This document shows positions 54,101 through 62,800 of a DNA stretch of 64,000 nucleotides, piece after piece. Source of the DNA: Dehalococcoidia bacterium. GTDB lineage: Bacteria > Chloroflexota > Dehalococcoidia > Lucifugimonadales > UBA3495. The notes beneath the pieces were generated by a model, which saw nothing but the letters and a program-made list of their open reading frames with translations, was not told where the DNA came from and made no database searches. Location: contig OZ242004.1 in assembly GCA_965204685.1 (NCBI GenBank), forward strand, positions 79,091-143,090, read 5' to 3'. The stretch's first letter is position 1. Each line of letters begins with the position of its first letter. The translations under genes and the position numbers were made by a program.

Positions 54101-57100
54101 CAGGTTCAGGGGTACGGCCGTGAAGGGCGCGCGCTGGTCTGCCGGGCTCAGGTCGCCGTACCGCAGCACGGGATACTGGCTGGCCGTGCCGAAGTCCCAG
54201 GGGGCGTCGCCGCCGCCGTCCAGGTCCAGGTCCGCGTTCCAGTCGGCGTAGATGCCCGTGTAGCCCGTGGGCCCCTGCAGCTCCGCCGTGGTATGCCCCA
54301 CGCCGGACGCGCTGTTCCCCTGGCCGCTGGCCTGGGTATCCCAGTAGGCGGCGGTCACCGCGCCGGAGACGTGCGCGCCGGTCAGGCCGCCGGCCGCGCC
54401 GCCTTCGGCGGTGGCCGACCCGGCGGCGTAGCTGGCGGTTACGCTGCCGGCGTTGCGCCCCACCAGGCCGCCGGCCCGCTGTCCACTGGTGGATACCGGC
54501 CCGGAGGCGTAGCTGGTCTTGATGGAACCGCCGGCTGCGTTGCGGCCCACCAGGCCGCCGGTGTTGTCGGCCCAGCCCGAAACCGCGCCCCGGGCGTAGC
54601 TGGCCTGGATGAGACCCTGGTTGGCGCCCGCCAGGCCGCCCACGCCCTGACCCCCGACCTTTCTCCCGGCCACGTTGGCCCGGGAAGAACTGCCCGTGAT
54701 GAAACTCCCTGACCTGGCCTCCCCCACCAGGCCGCCCACGTTGCTGATCCCGGACACCGCCCCGGTCACGTGGACGTTGCTGATGATGCCGCGGTTCTCT
54801 CCGGCCAGGGCGCCGATATACCCCTTGCCCGACACGTTGACGTTCTCCAGTCGAAGGTTGCGCACGATGCCGGTGGAGCCGATGTACTTGAAGATCCCCG
54901 CGTTGTTGTGGTAACCGTCACCCGCCCCGGTGGGCAGTCCGTAGATGTTGACCCGGTTCAGCACTTCGTCGGTGAAGGGCGTGTCCAGGGTGTTCATGTA
55001 CAGGTTGCGGATGGCGTGCCCGTTGCCTTCGAAAATGGCTGCCCAATAGAAGTTGGTCATGATCCTGCCCATGGGTCGCCAGCCCTCGCCGTCGTTCCCC
55101 CAGTAGTTGTCGCACGCGCCGGGACCTTGCGCTCCTCCCGGGTGCCCCCCGTACCAACTCCGGCACCTGGCGGAGCCGTCGGGATAATGGACGCCGTTCC
55201 AGTAGTGGTCGCCGGGGTCGGCCCGGCCGTTGCCGTTGGTGTCGAAGTCCAGGTCGGCCATCAGCTCGTAGCCATTGCAGCGATCCCCGGGGCAGCCCAT
55301 CCCGCGTCTGGCGTTGGGGTACCCCATTTGGTAGTGAGTCTGGACCGAGTTGAGATAGCCGTCGTCGTCCTTGTCCCAACCGGCCCAGCCGCTGCCGTAC
55401 CGGTCATAGCGGATGGCGTTGAGCTGGTCCAGGCTGTACACCTCGATGAGGCCGTCGTCGTCACGGTCATAGTCGATGCCCTGGGCCGGCTGTTGGTTGG
55501 AGGGCCTCGTGACCGGCTCGGTGGACTCCGGCGGGTCCGGCAGCAGCGCCCGCTGACCCGCCACGCTGGGGCCGGTGTCCCGCAGCACCGGGAAGTCCAG
55601 CGACGTGCCGAAGTCCCAGGCGTAGGAGTCGCCGCTGCGGTCCCTGAGGTTGTCCCAGTGGGCGTAGATGCCCGTGTAGCCCGTGGGCCGCCGCAGCTCG
55701 GCGACGGTGAGGCCCCTGCCGGCTTGACCGGCGGGTCGGCTGTTCAGCAAGTAGCTGGCGGTGATACCGCTTCGGTCAGCATGCCCGGGTCTTACGTTGG
55801 GAATCGAGCATCCAAAGCACCGGTGTGCAGTGCTTCCGAAGGTATTATTGTTGCCGACCAGTCCTCCCACGTAACTGTCGCCGGACACGGCGCCCAGGGC
55901 GTAGCTGGCCGAGATGGGCCCCCTGTTTCTGCCCACCAGTCCCCCGATTTGGCTTCCGCTGCTGGACACGTCGCCGGTGGCGTAACTGGCGAAGATCTCG
56001 CCCACATTGCTTCCCGCCAGGCCGCCTATCCGGTTGGCATTGCCAGTCACGCGTCCCGTGGCATAACTGGCCACGATGCTGGGTGCGGTTTCTCCGAAAT
56101 AGATGCTCCGGCCTACCAGGCCGCCATAATAATCGGTCCCGGCCACGGTTGCGGTTACGTCAGCCGTGGAGTAGCTGCGCACAATGCGCCCGCCGTAGTT
56201 CTGTCCGACCAATCCCCCCACGCGGTCGCCCGTGCCCGAGACCTCGCCGGAAAAATAACTGTCCGTGATGGTGCCCGTCTTGTTAAACCCCACCAGCCCA
56301 CCAAGATGATACCAACCGGACACCGCCCCGGATGCGCCGGCGTTGCTGATGGTGCCATGGTTCTCCCCGACCAGAGCCCCCACGCGATGCCCATCGCCGG
56401 TCACGTTCACGTTCTTGATTACCACGTTGCGGAGGACGCCGTCCTCCGCAAGCTCGTCGAACAACCCCCGACGCGCGCTATCTTCAGGCCACGGTCGTGC
56501 CCGAGATTTAAAGTACAGGTTGCTGATGGCGTGGCCGTTGCCGTCAAAGACGGCGGCGTATTCGCCGATCGACAGCCAGCCCTGGCCGTCGTTCACGTGC
56601 CCGCCGTCAACCGCTCTTGGATAGTCGCCGGCGTCGGCCCGGCCGTTGCCGTTGCGGTCAAAGTCCAGGTCGGCGGTCAGCTCGTAGCCCTTGCAGCCGC
56701 TCTGGGGACATCCCGCCCCGTTGGCTACTATCCCCGGGAAGGCGGCTTCGTAGCTGTCGCCGGCATCGGCAATGGCGGAGCCGTCGCCGTCAAGGTCGAA
56801 ACGGATGGCGCTCAGCTGCGCCAGGCTGCACACCTCGATGAGGCCGTCGTCGTCAGCGTCGTAATCGTCGCCGGACTCGGGCTGACAGCCGGCGTCGAAG
56901 GAGTCCGCCCCTGTCACCACCGTAACCGCCTGCGACCAGTCGCTCTCCCCGCCGTCGTTGCCGGAACGCACGCTCACCGTGTAGGTCCCGCCGCTCTCCA
57001 GGTTTTCGAACGTCGCCGTCCGCGCGTCAGCGCCCAGCCGCTGGTCGGTGGCGTCGCCGTCGGCGTCTTCCAGCCGGGCCACGTAGTAGTCCGGCAGGTC

Positions 57101-59557
57101 GCCGTTGCCCGGCCCCCGCCAGGTGACGGTGATGCTGTTCGCCTGCACCGTCAGCCGGAGGTCGCCCGAGGGGTTGGGACGGGTGGGGAAGGCCCGGTTC
57201 ACCGTTACCGCGTAGGTCTGCGTGGCCACGCCGTCGGGAGCCGTCACCACCACGTTGACCGGGTTCGGCGCGTTGTAGTCCAGCGCCACCGGCGACGCCG
57301 GGTCTCCGCCGTTCACGGCAACGGCGGCGTCGGGATGGGAGGGTACGGCCGTGAAGACAACGCTCTCCGTGGTGTAGGGCACGTCCACCGTGTAGGCAAA
57401 GGCACCGGAGTCGAAGTCGAGCGTTCCCTCCGAGACGGTCAGGTCGTACAGGGTGGCGACGTCGTCGCCGGGCAGACCCCGGGTCACCGTCAGCGTATAG
57501 ACCTGCTTGTGGGTGTTTTCCGCGAAACCGCGGCTCGTATAGTGGAACTTCCACTTGTAGATGCCGATCTGCGCCGTCGTGGCCGCATCGGAGTTCAGGG
57601 CGATGGTCTCGGGATATTCCCAATCCTTATCGTGCAGAATGCTGACCAGGTGCGCGGGCCCATTCCGGTCCGGGGAATACTTGTAAAAGCCGGCCTCGGC
57701 CTGGGCCAAGTCTTCGGAAACCAGGACGTACGCAGTTTGTCCACCACCAGTGGGACGATAGGGGGTAGTGAACCGGCCGGTAACGACCAGCTCGGTCAGG
57801 TCCTCCGGCGCCGCCAGCCAGTAGTTGTAGCGGTCGCGACGGAACTCCGGATAGACGGTGATGCCCTCGGGCGTCGCCAGGCCGGTCAGGGCCAGGTCCC
57901 GGTTGCCCGGCGCCTCCAGGTCCGCCACCGCAGCGAACCGGACGTTCTCGCTCCGGGGACGGGTCACCGTCACCACGTAGGTCTCCGTCGCCACCCCGTC
58001 CACCGCCGTGACCGCCACGCTGATGACGTTCGCGCCGTAGTCCAGCGACACCGGCGCCGCCGGGTCGCCGCCGTTCACCGTGACGGCGGCGTTGGGATGA
58101 TTGGCGGCCGGCGTGAGGGTCACCCGGCCCACCGTAGCCGGCACGTCCACCGCGTAGGCGGTGGTGCCGGGAGCAAAGTCCAGCGAACCCGCCGAGATGG
58201 CCAGGGCCTTCAGCGTGGCGTCGTCCGCCGCCTGCGTCGGCTGCGGTGTCGGCGCCGGCTCCAGCCGGGGCGCCGGCTGCTGCGCAGGTACGCCGCTCTG
58301 GGCGGATGCGTCCCGGATCTCGCCGTGCAGGGTGGCGCTGACGACAGATGGTGACAGCGTGTAGTTGCCCGCCTTGAACACTCCATGATCCTGCAAGGAG
58401 TAGGTCACGCTCAGGTCATGGGAACCCGCCTCTGCCGACGGGAACTGCCCGCTCACCACCAGCCCGCCGGCCCGCAGGTCCGCCAACTCCCCCGCCAGCG
58501 CCCCGATCACCCGGACCCGGCCCGTGTCGAAGGTGGCGTCCGTGGTTCCGTCGGCCACCCGCGCGTTCACCTTCACCCCGCTGATGGTCGTGATCTGCAA
58601 GGGCGTGATGGCTCCGCTCACGCTGAGGGTCACGTCGTAGTTGCCCGCGTCCCCTCCTCCCACGCTGGACCCGGTGATGGCCAGGCCCGTTCCGGCGTCC
58701 GCCGCGGCGTAGCGTCCCCCGCTGACCGTCACCACGTCCCCGCTGACGATGTCCCCGGCGGCGAAACTTCCACTCAAAGCTCCCACGAGCGTCGCCGTGC
58801 CGTCGTACGCCTTGCCGCGCGCCGTGCCGGTCCAGGTCACCGCCTTGGGCGTGATGGTGTAGGCCGTCGCCGCCGTGAAATCGGCCGGCAGAGCGTACTT
58901 GGTGGTATATGCCGGCGCGATGGCGAGCGTGCCCAGGTTGATGGCGTAGCTGCCCACGTCCTCCCCCGCCGTCCGGCCCAGCCCGCCCGACACCACGTCC
59001 CCCGCCGCGTCACCGTCCACCAGCCCGCTCACCGTGTGGCTCAGGGCGTCGGTCCCGCCGTACACCCGCGTGGTGTTGCCCGCCTTGATCTCCAAAACCC
59101 GCGCTCCCCCGATGTAGCAGGTGAGCGTCGCCGCTGCGCTGCTCGCCCGGCCTCCCTCGGCGGTTTCGTAGTTCGCCTTGACGCTGAGGCTGACCGGCTT
59201 CCCCGACGGGTAGCTGCCCCGCCGCAACAGCGTCTGTCCCTTGACGTTGCCCTGCTCCCGCCGGCCGTCCGGCAGCGCCAGCTCGTAGTCGTAGGAAACC
59301 GCCTCCTTTCCTTCCCACTGGGGTACGTCCCACATGAACCACACTGCGTCCGTTCTGGTGGTGCATTGCAGGTTCGGCGGCGGCGGCGGCTCGGCCCCCT
59401 GGGCCTGGGCCGGCCCTGAGGACAGCAGCGCCAGCGCGGCCGCACCGGCAGTCAATGCCACCGCCAGCAGCGCCAGCGCGCACAGCGCCCCGCGGCGCCG
59501 GTTCGTCAAGGCGGCGTGAAGCGGGTGAAGGGGGCTGGACGGGGGCGTGAATTTCAT
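51188..59557 (-). CDS. giant (2789 aa) modular surface protein, A-type (A2), paralog of 16434..24863
   Basis: ATG 59557 (MKFTPPSSPLHPLHAAL) has the same GGAGGT leader as A1; the ORF track starts at 59668. Collinear with A1 over the whole length. Same module order, including two Trp-rich modules. Confidence 0.92.
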   Translation of the reverse strand: MKFTPPSSPLHPLHAALTNRRRGALCALALLAVALTAGAAALALLSSGPAQAQGAEPPPPPNLQCTTRTDAVWFMWDVPQWEGKEAVSYDYELALPDGRREQGNVKGQTLLRRGSYPSGKPVSLSVKANYETAEGGRASSAAATLTCYIGGARVLEIKAGNTTRVYGGTDALSHTVSGLVDGDAAGDVVSGGLGRTAGEDVGSYAINLGTLAIAPAYTTKYALPADFTAATAYTITPKAVTWTGTARGKAYDGTATLVGALSGSFAAGDIVSGDVVTVSGGRYAAADAGTGLAITGSSVGGGDAGNYDVTLSVSGAITPLQITTISGVKVNARVADGTTDATFDTGRVRVIGALAGELADLRAGGLVVSGQFPSAEAGSHDLSVTYSLQDHGVFKAGNYTLSPSVVSATLHGEIRDASAQSGVPAQQPAPRLEPAPTPQPTQAADDATLKALAISAGSLDFAPGTTAYAVDVPATVGRVTLTPAANHPNAAVTVNGGDPAAPVSLDYGANVISVAVTAVDGVATETYVVTVTRPRSENVRFAAVADLEAPGNRDLALTGLATPEGITVYPEFRRDRYNYWLAAPEDLTELVVTGRFTTPYRPTGGGQTAYVLVSEDLAQAEAGFYKYSPDRNGPAHLVSILHDKDWEYPETIALNSDAATTAQIGIYKWKFHYTSRGFAENTHKQVYTLTVTRGLPGDDVATLYDLTVSEGTLDFDSGAFAYTVDVPYTTESVVFTAVPSHPDAAVAVNGGDPASPVALDYNAPNPVNVVVTAPDGVATQTYAVTVNRAFPTRPNPSGDLRLTVQANSITVTWRGPGNGDLPDYYVARLEDADGDATDQRLGADARTATFENLESGGTYTVSVRSGNDGGESDWSQAVTVVTGADSFDAGCQPESGDDYDADDDGLIEVCSLAQLSAIRFDLDGDGSAIADAGDSYEAAFPGIVANGAGCPQSGCKGYELTADLDFDRNGNGRADAGDYPRAVDGGHVNDGQGWLSIGEYAAVFDGNGHAISNLYFKSRARPWPEDSARRGLFDELAEDGVLRNVVIKNVNVTGDGHRVGALVGENHGTISNAGASGAVSGWYHLGGLVGFNKTGTITDSYFSGEVSGTGDRVGGLVGQNYGGRIVRSYSTADVTATVAGTDYYGGLVGRSIYFGETAPSIVASYATGRVTGNANRIGGLAGSNVGEIFASYATGDVSSSGSQIGGLVGRNRGPISASYALGAVSGDSYVGGLVGNNNTFGSTAHRCFGCSIPNVRPGHADRSGITASYLLNSRPAGQAGRGLTVAELRRPTGYTGIYAHWDNLRDRSGDSYAWDFGTSLDFPVLRDTGPSVAGQRALLPDPPESTEPVTRPSNQQPAQGIDYDRDDDGLIEVYSLDQLNAIRYDRYGSGWAGWDKDDDGYLNSVQTHYQMGYPNARRGMGCPGDRCNGYELMADLDFDTNGNGRADPGDHYWNGVHYPDGSARCRSWYGGHPGGAQGPGACDNYWGNDGEGWRPMGRIMTNFYWAAIFEGNGHAIRNLYMNTLDTPFTDEVLNRVNIYGLPTGAGDGYHNNAGIFKYIGSTGIVRNLRLENVNVSGKGYIGALAGENRGIISNVHVTGAVSGISNVGGLVGEARSGSFITGSSSRANVAGRKVGGQGVGGLAGANQGLIQASYARGAVSGWADNTGGLVGRNAAGGSIKTSYASGPVSTSGQRAGGLVGRNAGSVTASYAAGSATAEGGAAGGLTGAHVSGAVTAAYWDTQASGQGNSASGVGHTTAELQGPTGYTGIYADWNADLDLDGGGDAPWDFGTASQYPVLRYGDLSPADQRAPFTAVPLNLPQVVDAAPAAPNRAPTATGSLGDVTVAARGGIKEVSLSGLFDDADGDSLTVTAHTLTITAEPPPGHDGSSYIQVVTAAVSSDQSTLTLTGLIPGVARVTVTANDGKGGTALVDFAATVSEEAPQAQEPSGDYSELIARMYEWRNDPQWVSYQAHTDRWDRALLAFGETVSDTTLTPMTAAEAQDFADRGWSRWVEVAAALKEIEAAPQQQQGTPNQAPTVASALGDATIVNQTGTRQVSLSGTFSDADNDSLSVTAVSSDEAKATVSVAADHSTLTVTAQARGTATITVTAADGRGGTVEDSFTVTVKAAPVVASAISDVSGLEAGDTRDVSLSGVFSDDDGDALTITATSSDENVATVSVASDGSKLTVARVAEGTATITVTAQDADGNRVRDAFDVSMEKRYAALIAQMYQWRNDPQWSSYKAHTDRWDRALLAFGETVVDTTLTPMTAAEAQDFADRGWSRWVDVAAALKEIEAAPQQQQGTPNQSPTVSAAIADATIVNQSGTQQVSLSGVFSDADNDALTVTAVSSNDAVATVSVAADYSTLTVSARSRGTATVTVTAADGNGGTVSDTFTVKVKAVPVVASAIGDVSGLAVGDAEDVSLSGVFSDADGDSLTFSAVSSNDAVVDAFLLHGTLTVAGVSEGSGTITVTAEDADGNRVSDAFDVSVVPEPEQPNRAPTVASAIDAATIVNESGTRQVSLSGVFSDADGDSLTITAVSSNDAVATVSVSADYSGLTVSAQARGTATITVTANDDEGGTVSDEFTVRVKSAPVVAQPLADVSGLETGSSQDVSLSGVFGDADGDSLTITAASSGNSIATVTVASDGSRLTLAGVAEGTATITVTVRDADGNRVSDTFTVSVEPETEEPERETSDGSPTVVSPLPDISLELPGHREISLSGVFRDPDGDALTYSAVSSNYAVAATLHVNGSTLTVVATGTGTATITVTAQDPDGNEVSDAFQVTVTPAS

Positions 59558-59571
59558 TGGGGACCTCCGCA

Positions 59572-59602
59572 GTGCGTTATGAAATCGAGTGGCGTTATGA
59601 AA
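59572..59602 (-). promoter_or_regulatory. direct repeats in the A2 leader (counterpart of 24878..24907)
   Basis: GTGCGTTATGAAA at 59572-59584 and GTGGCGTTATGAAA at 59589-59602 (one inserted G). Confidence 0.4.
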
Positions 59603-59668
59603 CTTCCTGACTGGACCGGGTCTTCCCGGCGCGGTGGCTGCTTTTTCCGGCGCGGAAAGCGGCGCCAA

Positions 59669-59748
59669 CTTACACCAGAAACGGTATTTCAGTCCGTATT
59701 TTTAGACCGTCTTATGTATGGATTTGCGTGTATTTATACCTGGTCAGC
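59669..59748. promoter_or_regulatory. conserved AT-rich control block, copy 4
   Basis: CTTACACCAGAAACGGTATTTCAGTCCGTATTTTTAGACCGTCTTATGTATGGATTTGCGTGTATTTATACC. Lies 112 bp upstream of the A2 start. Confidence 0.5.
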
Positions 59749-59749
59749 T

Positions 59750-59815
59750 ATGCCGCCGCGGCCGGCCCCCCAGGCCAGCCGGCGCGTCAACTCACTCGTT
59801 GGCAAGCTGGACTGA
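59750..59815 (+). pseudogene. internally deleted kinase stub, copy 3 (21 codons)
   Basis: MPPRPAPQASRRVNSLVGKLD. The C-terminal 12 codons match stub 2 (SRRINSLVGKLN). About 60 bp of the N-terminal part are missing relative to 25092..25193. Confidence 0.3.
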
Positions 59816-59817
59816 GA

Positions 59818-59845
59818 CGGGCGTCCAACCGCAATCGGACGCCCG
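59818..59845. terminator. kinase-type hairpin after stub 3
   Basis: CGGGCGTCC-aaccgcaatc-GGACGCCCG, between the stub stop and the B2 stop (59874). Confidence 0.5.
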
Positions 59846-59873
59846 CTTGGATCAGCCGGTGGTTCCGCAGCCG

Positions 59874-62800
59874 TTACCCGGACCGGGCCGCCTCGATCTC
59901 CTTCAGGGCAGCGGCCACCGGCACCCAGCGAACCCAGGCGCTGCCCCGGTCCGCCAGTTCCTGCGCCTCCGCCGCCGTCATCGGCGTCAGCGACGCGTCG
60001 GAGACGGTCTCGCCGAAGGCCAGCAAAGCCCGGTCCCAGCGGTCGGTGTGAGCCTTGTAGCTCACCCACTGCGGGTCGTTCCGCCACTCGTACATCTGCG
60101 CGATGAGCGCGTTGTACTTCCTCGCCACCGGCGCGTCGAAGGTGTCGCTGACCCGGTTGCCGTCGCTGTCCTGGGCCGTGACCGTAATCGTCGCCGTGCC
60201 CACGGACACTCCCGCCACCGTCAGCTTGGAGAAGTCCGACGCAACGGACACCGTGGCCACGGCGTCGTTCGAGGACATGGCGGTGATGGTCAGGGGGTCG
60301 CCGTCGGCGTCGCTGAACACCCCGGACAGGGACACGTCCTGTGTAGATCCGACTTCCAGCCCAGTCAGGTCGGCGATGGATGAGGCCACCGTTGGCGCCC
60401 GGTTGGACGCGGCCTGCTGCTGCTGTGGTGGCGTGCAGGCCGCGCGCTGGTCGTCCGGGTTCAGGCTGCCGTACTTCAGTACGGGATAATGGCACGACGT
60501 TCCGAAGTCCCAGGGGTCGTCGGCGTTGCCGTCGCCGTCCAGGTCCACGTTCCAGCCGGCGTAGATTCCGGTGTAGCCCGTGGGGGATTGCAACTCCGCC
60601 GTGGTCTTGCCCACGCCGGCCGGGCTGCTGCTCGAGCCGGAGGTTTGGGTGTCCCAGTAGGAGTTGGTGACCACGCCAGATTCGTGACGGCCCACCAGCC
60701 CGCCGGCATTGCCGCCGGTCGCCAATGTTTCACCAACAGCGTAGCTGGCGGTGATGTCTCCACCGTTTTTGCCCACCAGGCTGCCGGCGTCCTTGCCTCC
60801 GGCGACCGACGCGGAAGCGTAGCTGGCCACGATGGAACCTCCGTAGTTGTAACCCACCAGGCCACCAGTGTTGACCGTGCCCGAAACCGCGCCGGTAGCG
60901 TAGCTGCCCCGGATGCTGCCATAGTTGATTCCGGCCAGTCCTCCAACTTGATTACTGCCCTTTATTACGCCGGAAACATAGCTGTGACTGATCGTGCCGT
61001 GGTTTCGCGCCACCAAGCCGCCGACATCGCTGAAGCCGGCGATATACATCGATTCCATGTTCAAGTTGCGAATTACCCCGGCGGTGGATACGCCCAAGAT
61101 GAGCCCGCTGGTGGCGGCCTGATATTTGCTATAGAGGGGATGGTGGTAGTTGATGTAGAGGTTGCGGATGGTATGGCCATTGCCGTCGAGCACGCCGCTG
61201 AAATAGACTCGCACGGTAGCAGTGCCAGTATTACCAGTGGTCCGGTACGAGGATTTGGCTCCGATGCCCCACCAGCCCACTCCCGCGTTCCAGTAGGCGT
61301 CGCCGGCGTCGGCTTTGCCGCTGCCGTTGGTATCGAAGTCCAAGTCGGCGGTCAGCTCGTAGCCTTTGCATCCCGACGACGGGCAGCCCATGCCCGGCGC
61401 CGCGTCGGGGAAAGCGGCGGCGTAGTCGGCGGCAAAACTGCTCCCTTTCTCCTGGGAGAGTAGGCCGGTCTGACTGTTCGCGCGGGGCCCGTATTTCTGG
61501 TTTGTGACGCCGTCGCTGTCCAGGTCCCATCGGATGGCGTGGAGCTGAGCCAGGTTGGATACCTCGATCAGGCCGTCGTCGTCCGTGTCGTAGTCGGTAT
61601 TGCCGGCCACTGCGCAGGGCGCGCGCTGGTCGTCAGGATTCAGGCCGCCGTACTTCAGCACGGGATACTGGCACGACTCGCCGAAGTCCCAGGGGTCATC
61701 GGCGCTGCCGTCGCCGTCCAGGTCCACGTTCCAGTCGGCGTAGATCCCGGCGTAGCCCGTTGGGGATTGCAGCTCGGCAGTGGTCTTGGGTTGGCCCTGG
61801 GAGCTGACGGAGACGCCCGAGGCGGTCGTGTCCCAGTAGCTGAGGCCGGCGGCCTCCCCCGAGACCCAGGTGGTGTCGCTGTAGGCCAGGCCGCTCACGT
61901 CCTCGAGGCCGGACACCGCGCCGGTGGCGTAGCTGGCGGTGATGCTCCCCTGGTTGTAGCCCACCAGGCCGCCAACCTTCTCGCCATTGGGCGCGGACAC
62001 CGCCCCGGTGGCGTAGCTGGCGATGATCTTCTGGCCCGCGTAGTTCAGGCCGACCAGGCCTCCGGTGGCGTAGCCCTTGCCGTCGTAGGTGCTGGGGACG
62101 TAGTTGCCGTTGGAGTCGCCGGCGCCGGTGACGTTTCCGGTGGCGTAGCTGGCGACGATGGTGCCCTCGTTGCCGCCCACCAGACCGCCCACGTCATCGC
62201 GGGTGCCGGTCACCGTGGCCGTGGAGTAGCTGCCAATGATCATGCTGGTGTCATGGGAACCACCGACGAGGCCGCCCACTCCGCTCGTGCCGGACACGGC
62301 GCCGGTGGTGTAGCTGTTGATGATAGTACCGGCGTTTTCGCCGACCAGACCGCCGGCGTGCACGTTGCCCTCCAGCAGCACGCCTTCCACTCCGACGTTG
62401 CGGATAATGGCGGAGGCCCCGGTGGTCCCGAATAGCCCGTTGTAAGCGAAGTTCCCCCCTATGTAGAGGTTCCGGATCACATGGCCATTGCCTTCGAAGA
62501 CCGCGGTAAACTCAACGGTAGTCCTCAGATACTCGTAATAACCCCCAAAACCGCCCCATGTCACTTTCGAGGAGAAGGGCCCGCCCAGGCCGATGTGCCG
62601 GTCGCCGGCGTCGGCCCGACCGTTGCCATTGGTGTCGAAGTCCAGGTCGGCGGCCAGTTCGTAGCCTAGGCAGCCCGTCTGCGGGCAGCCCATGGGAGGT
62701 CCGGACTTGGGACCTCGGAAAACATCGGCGTTGGGGAAAGCGGCGCCGTAGGCGCTACCGTAGCGGTTGATGGGGGAGCCGTCACCGTCCAGGTCCCAGT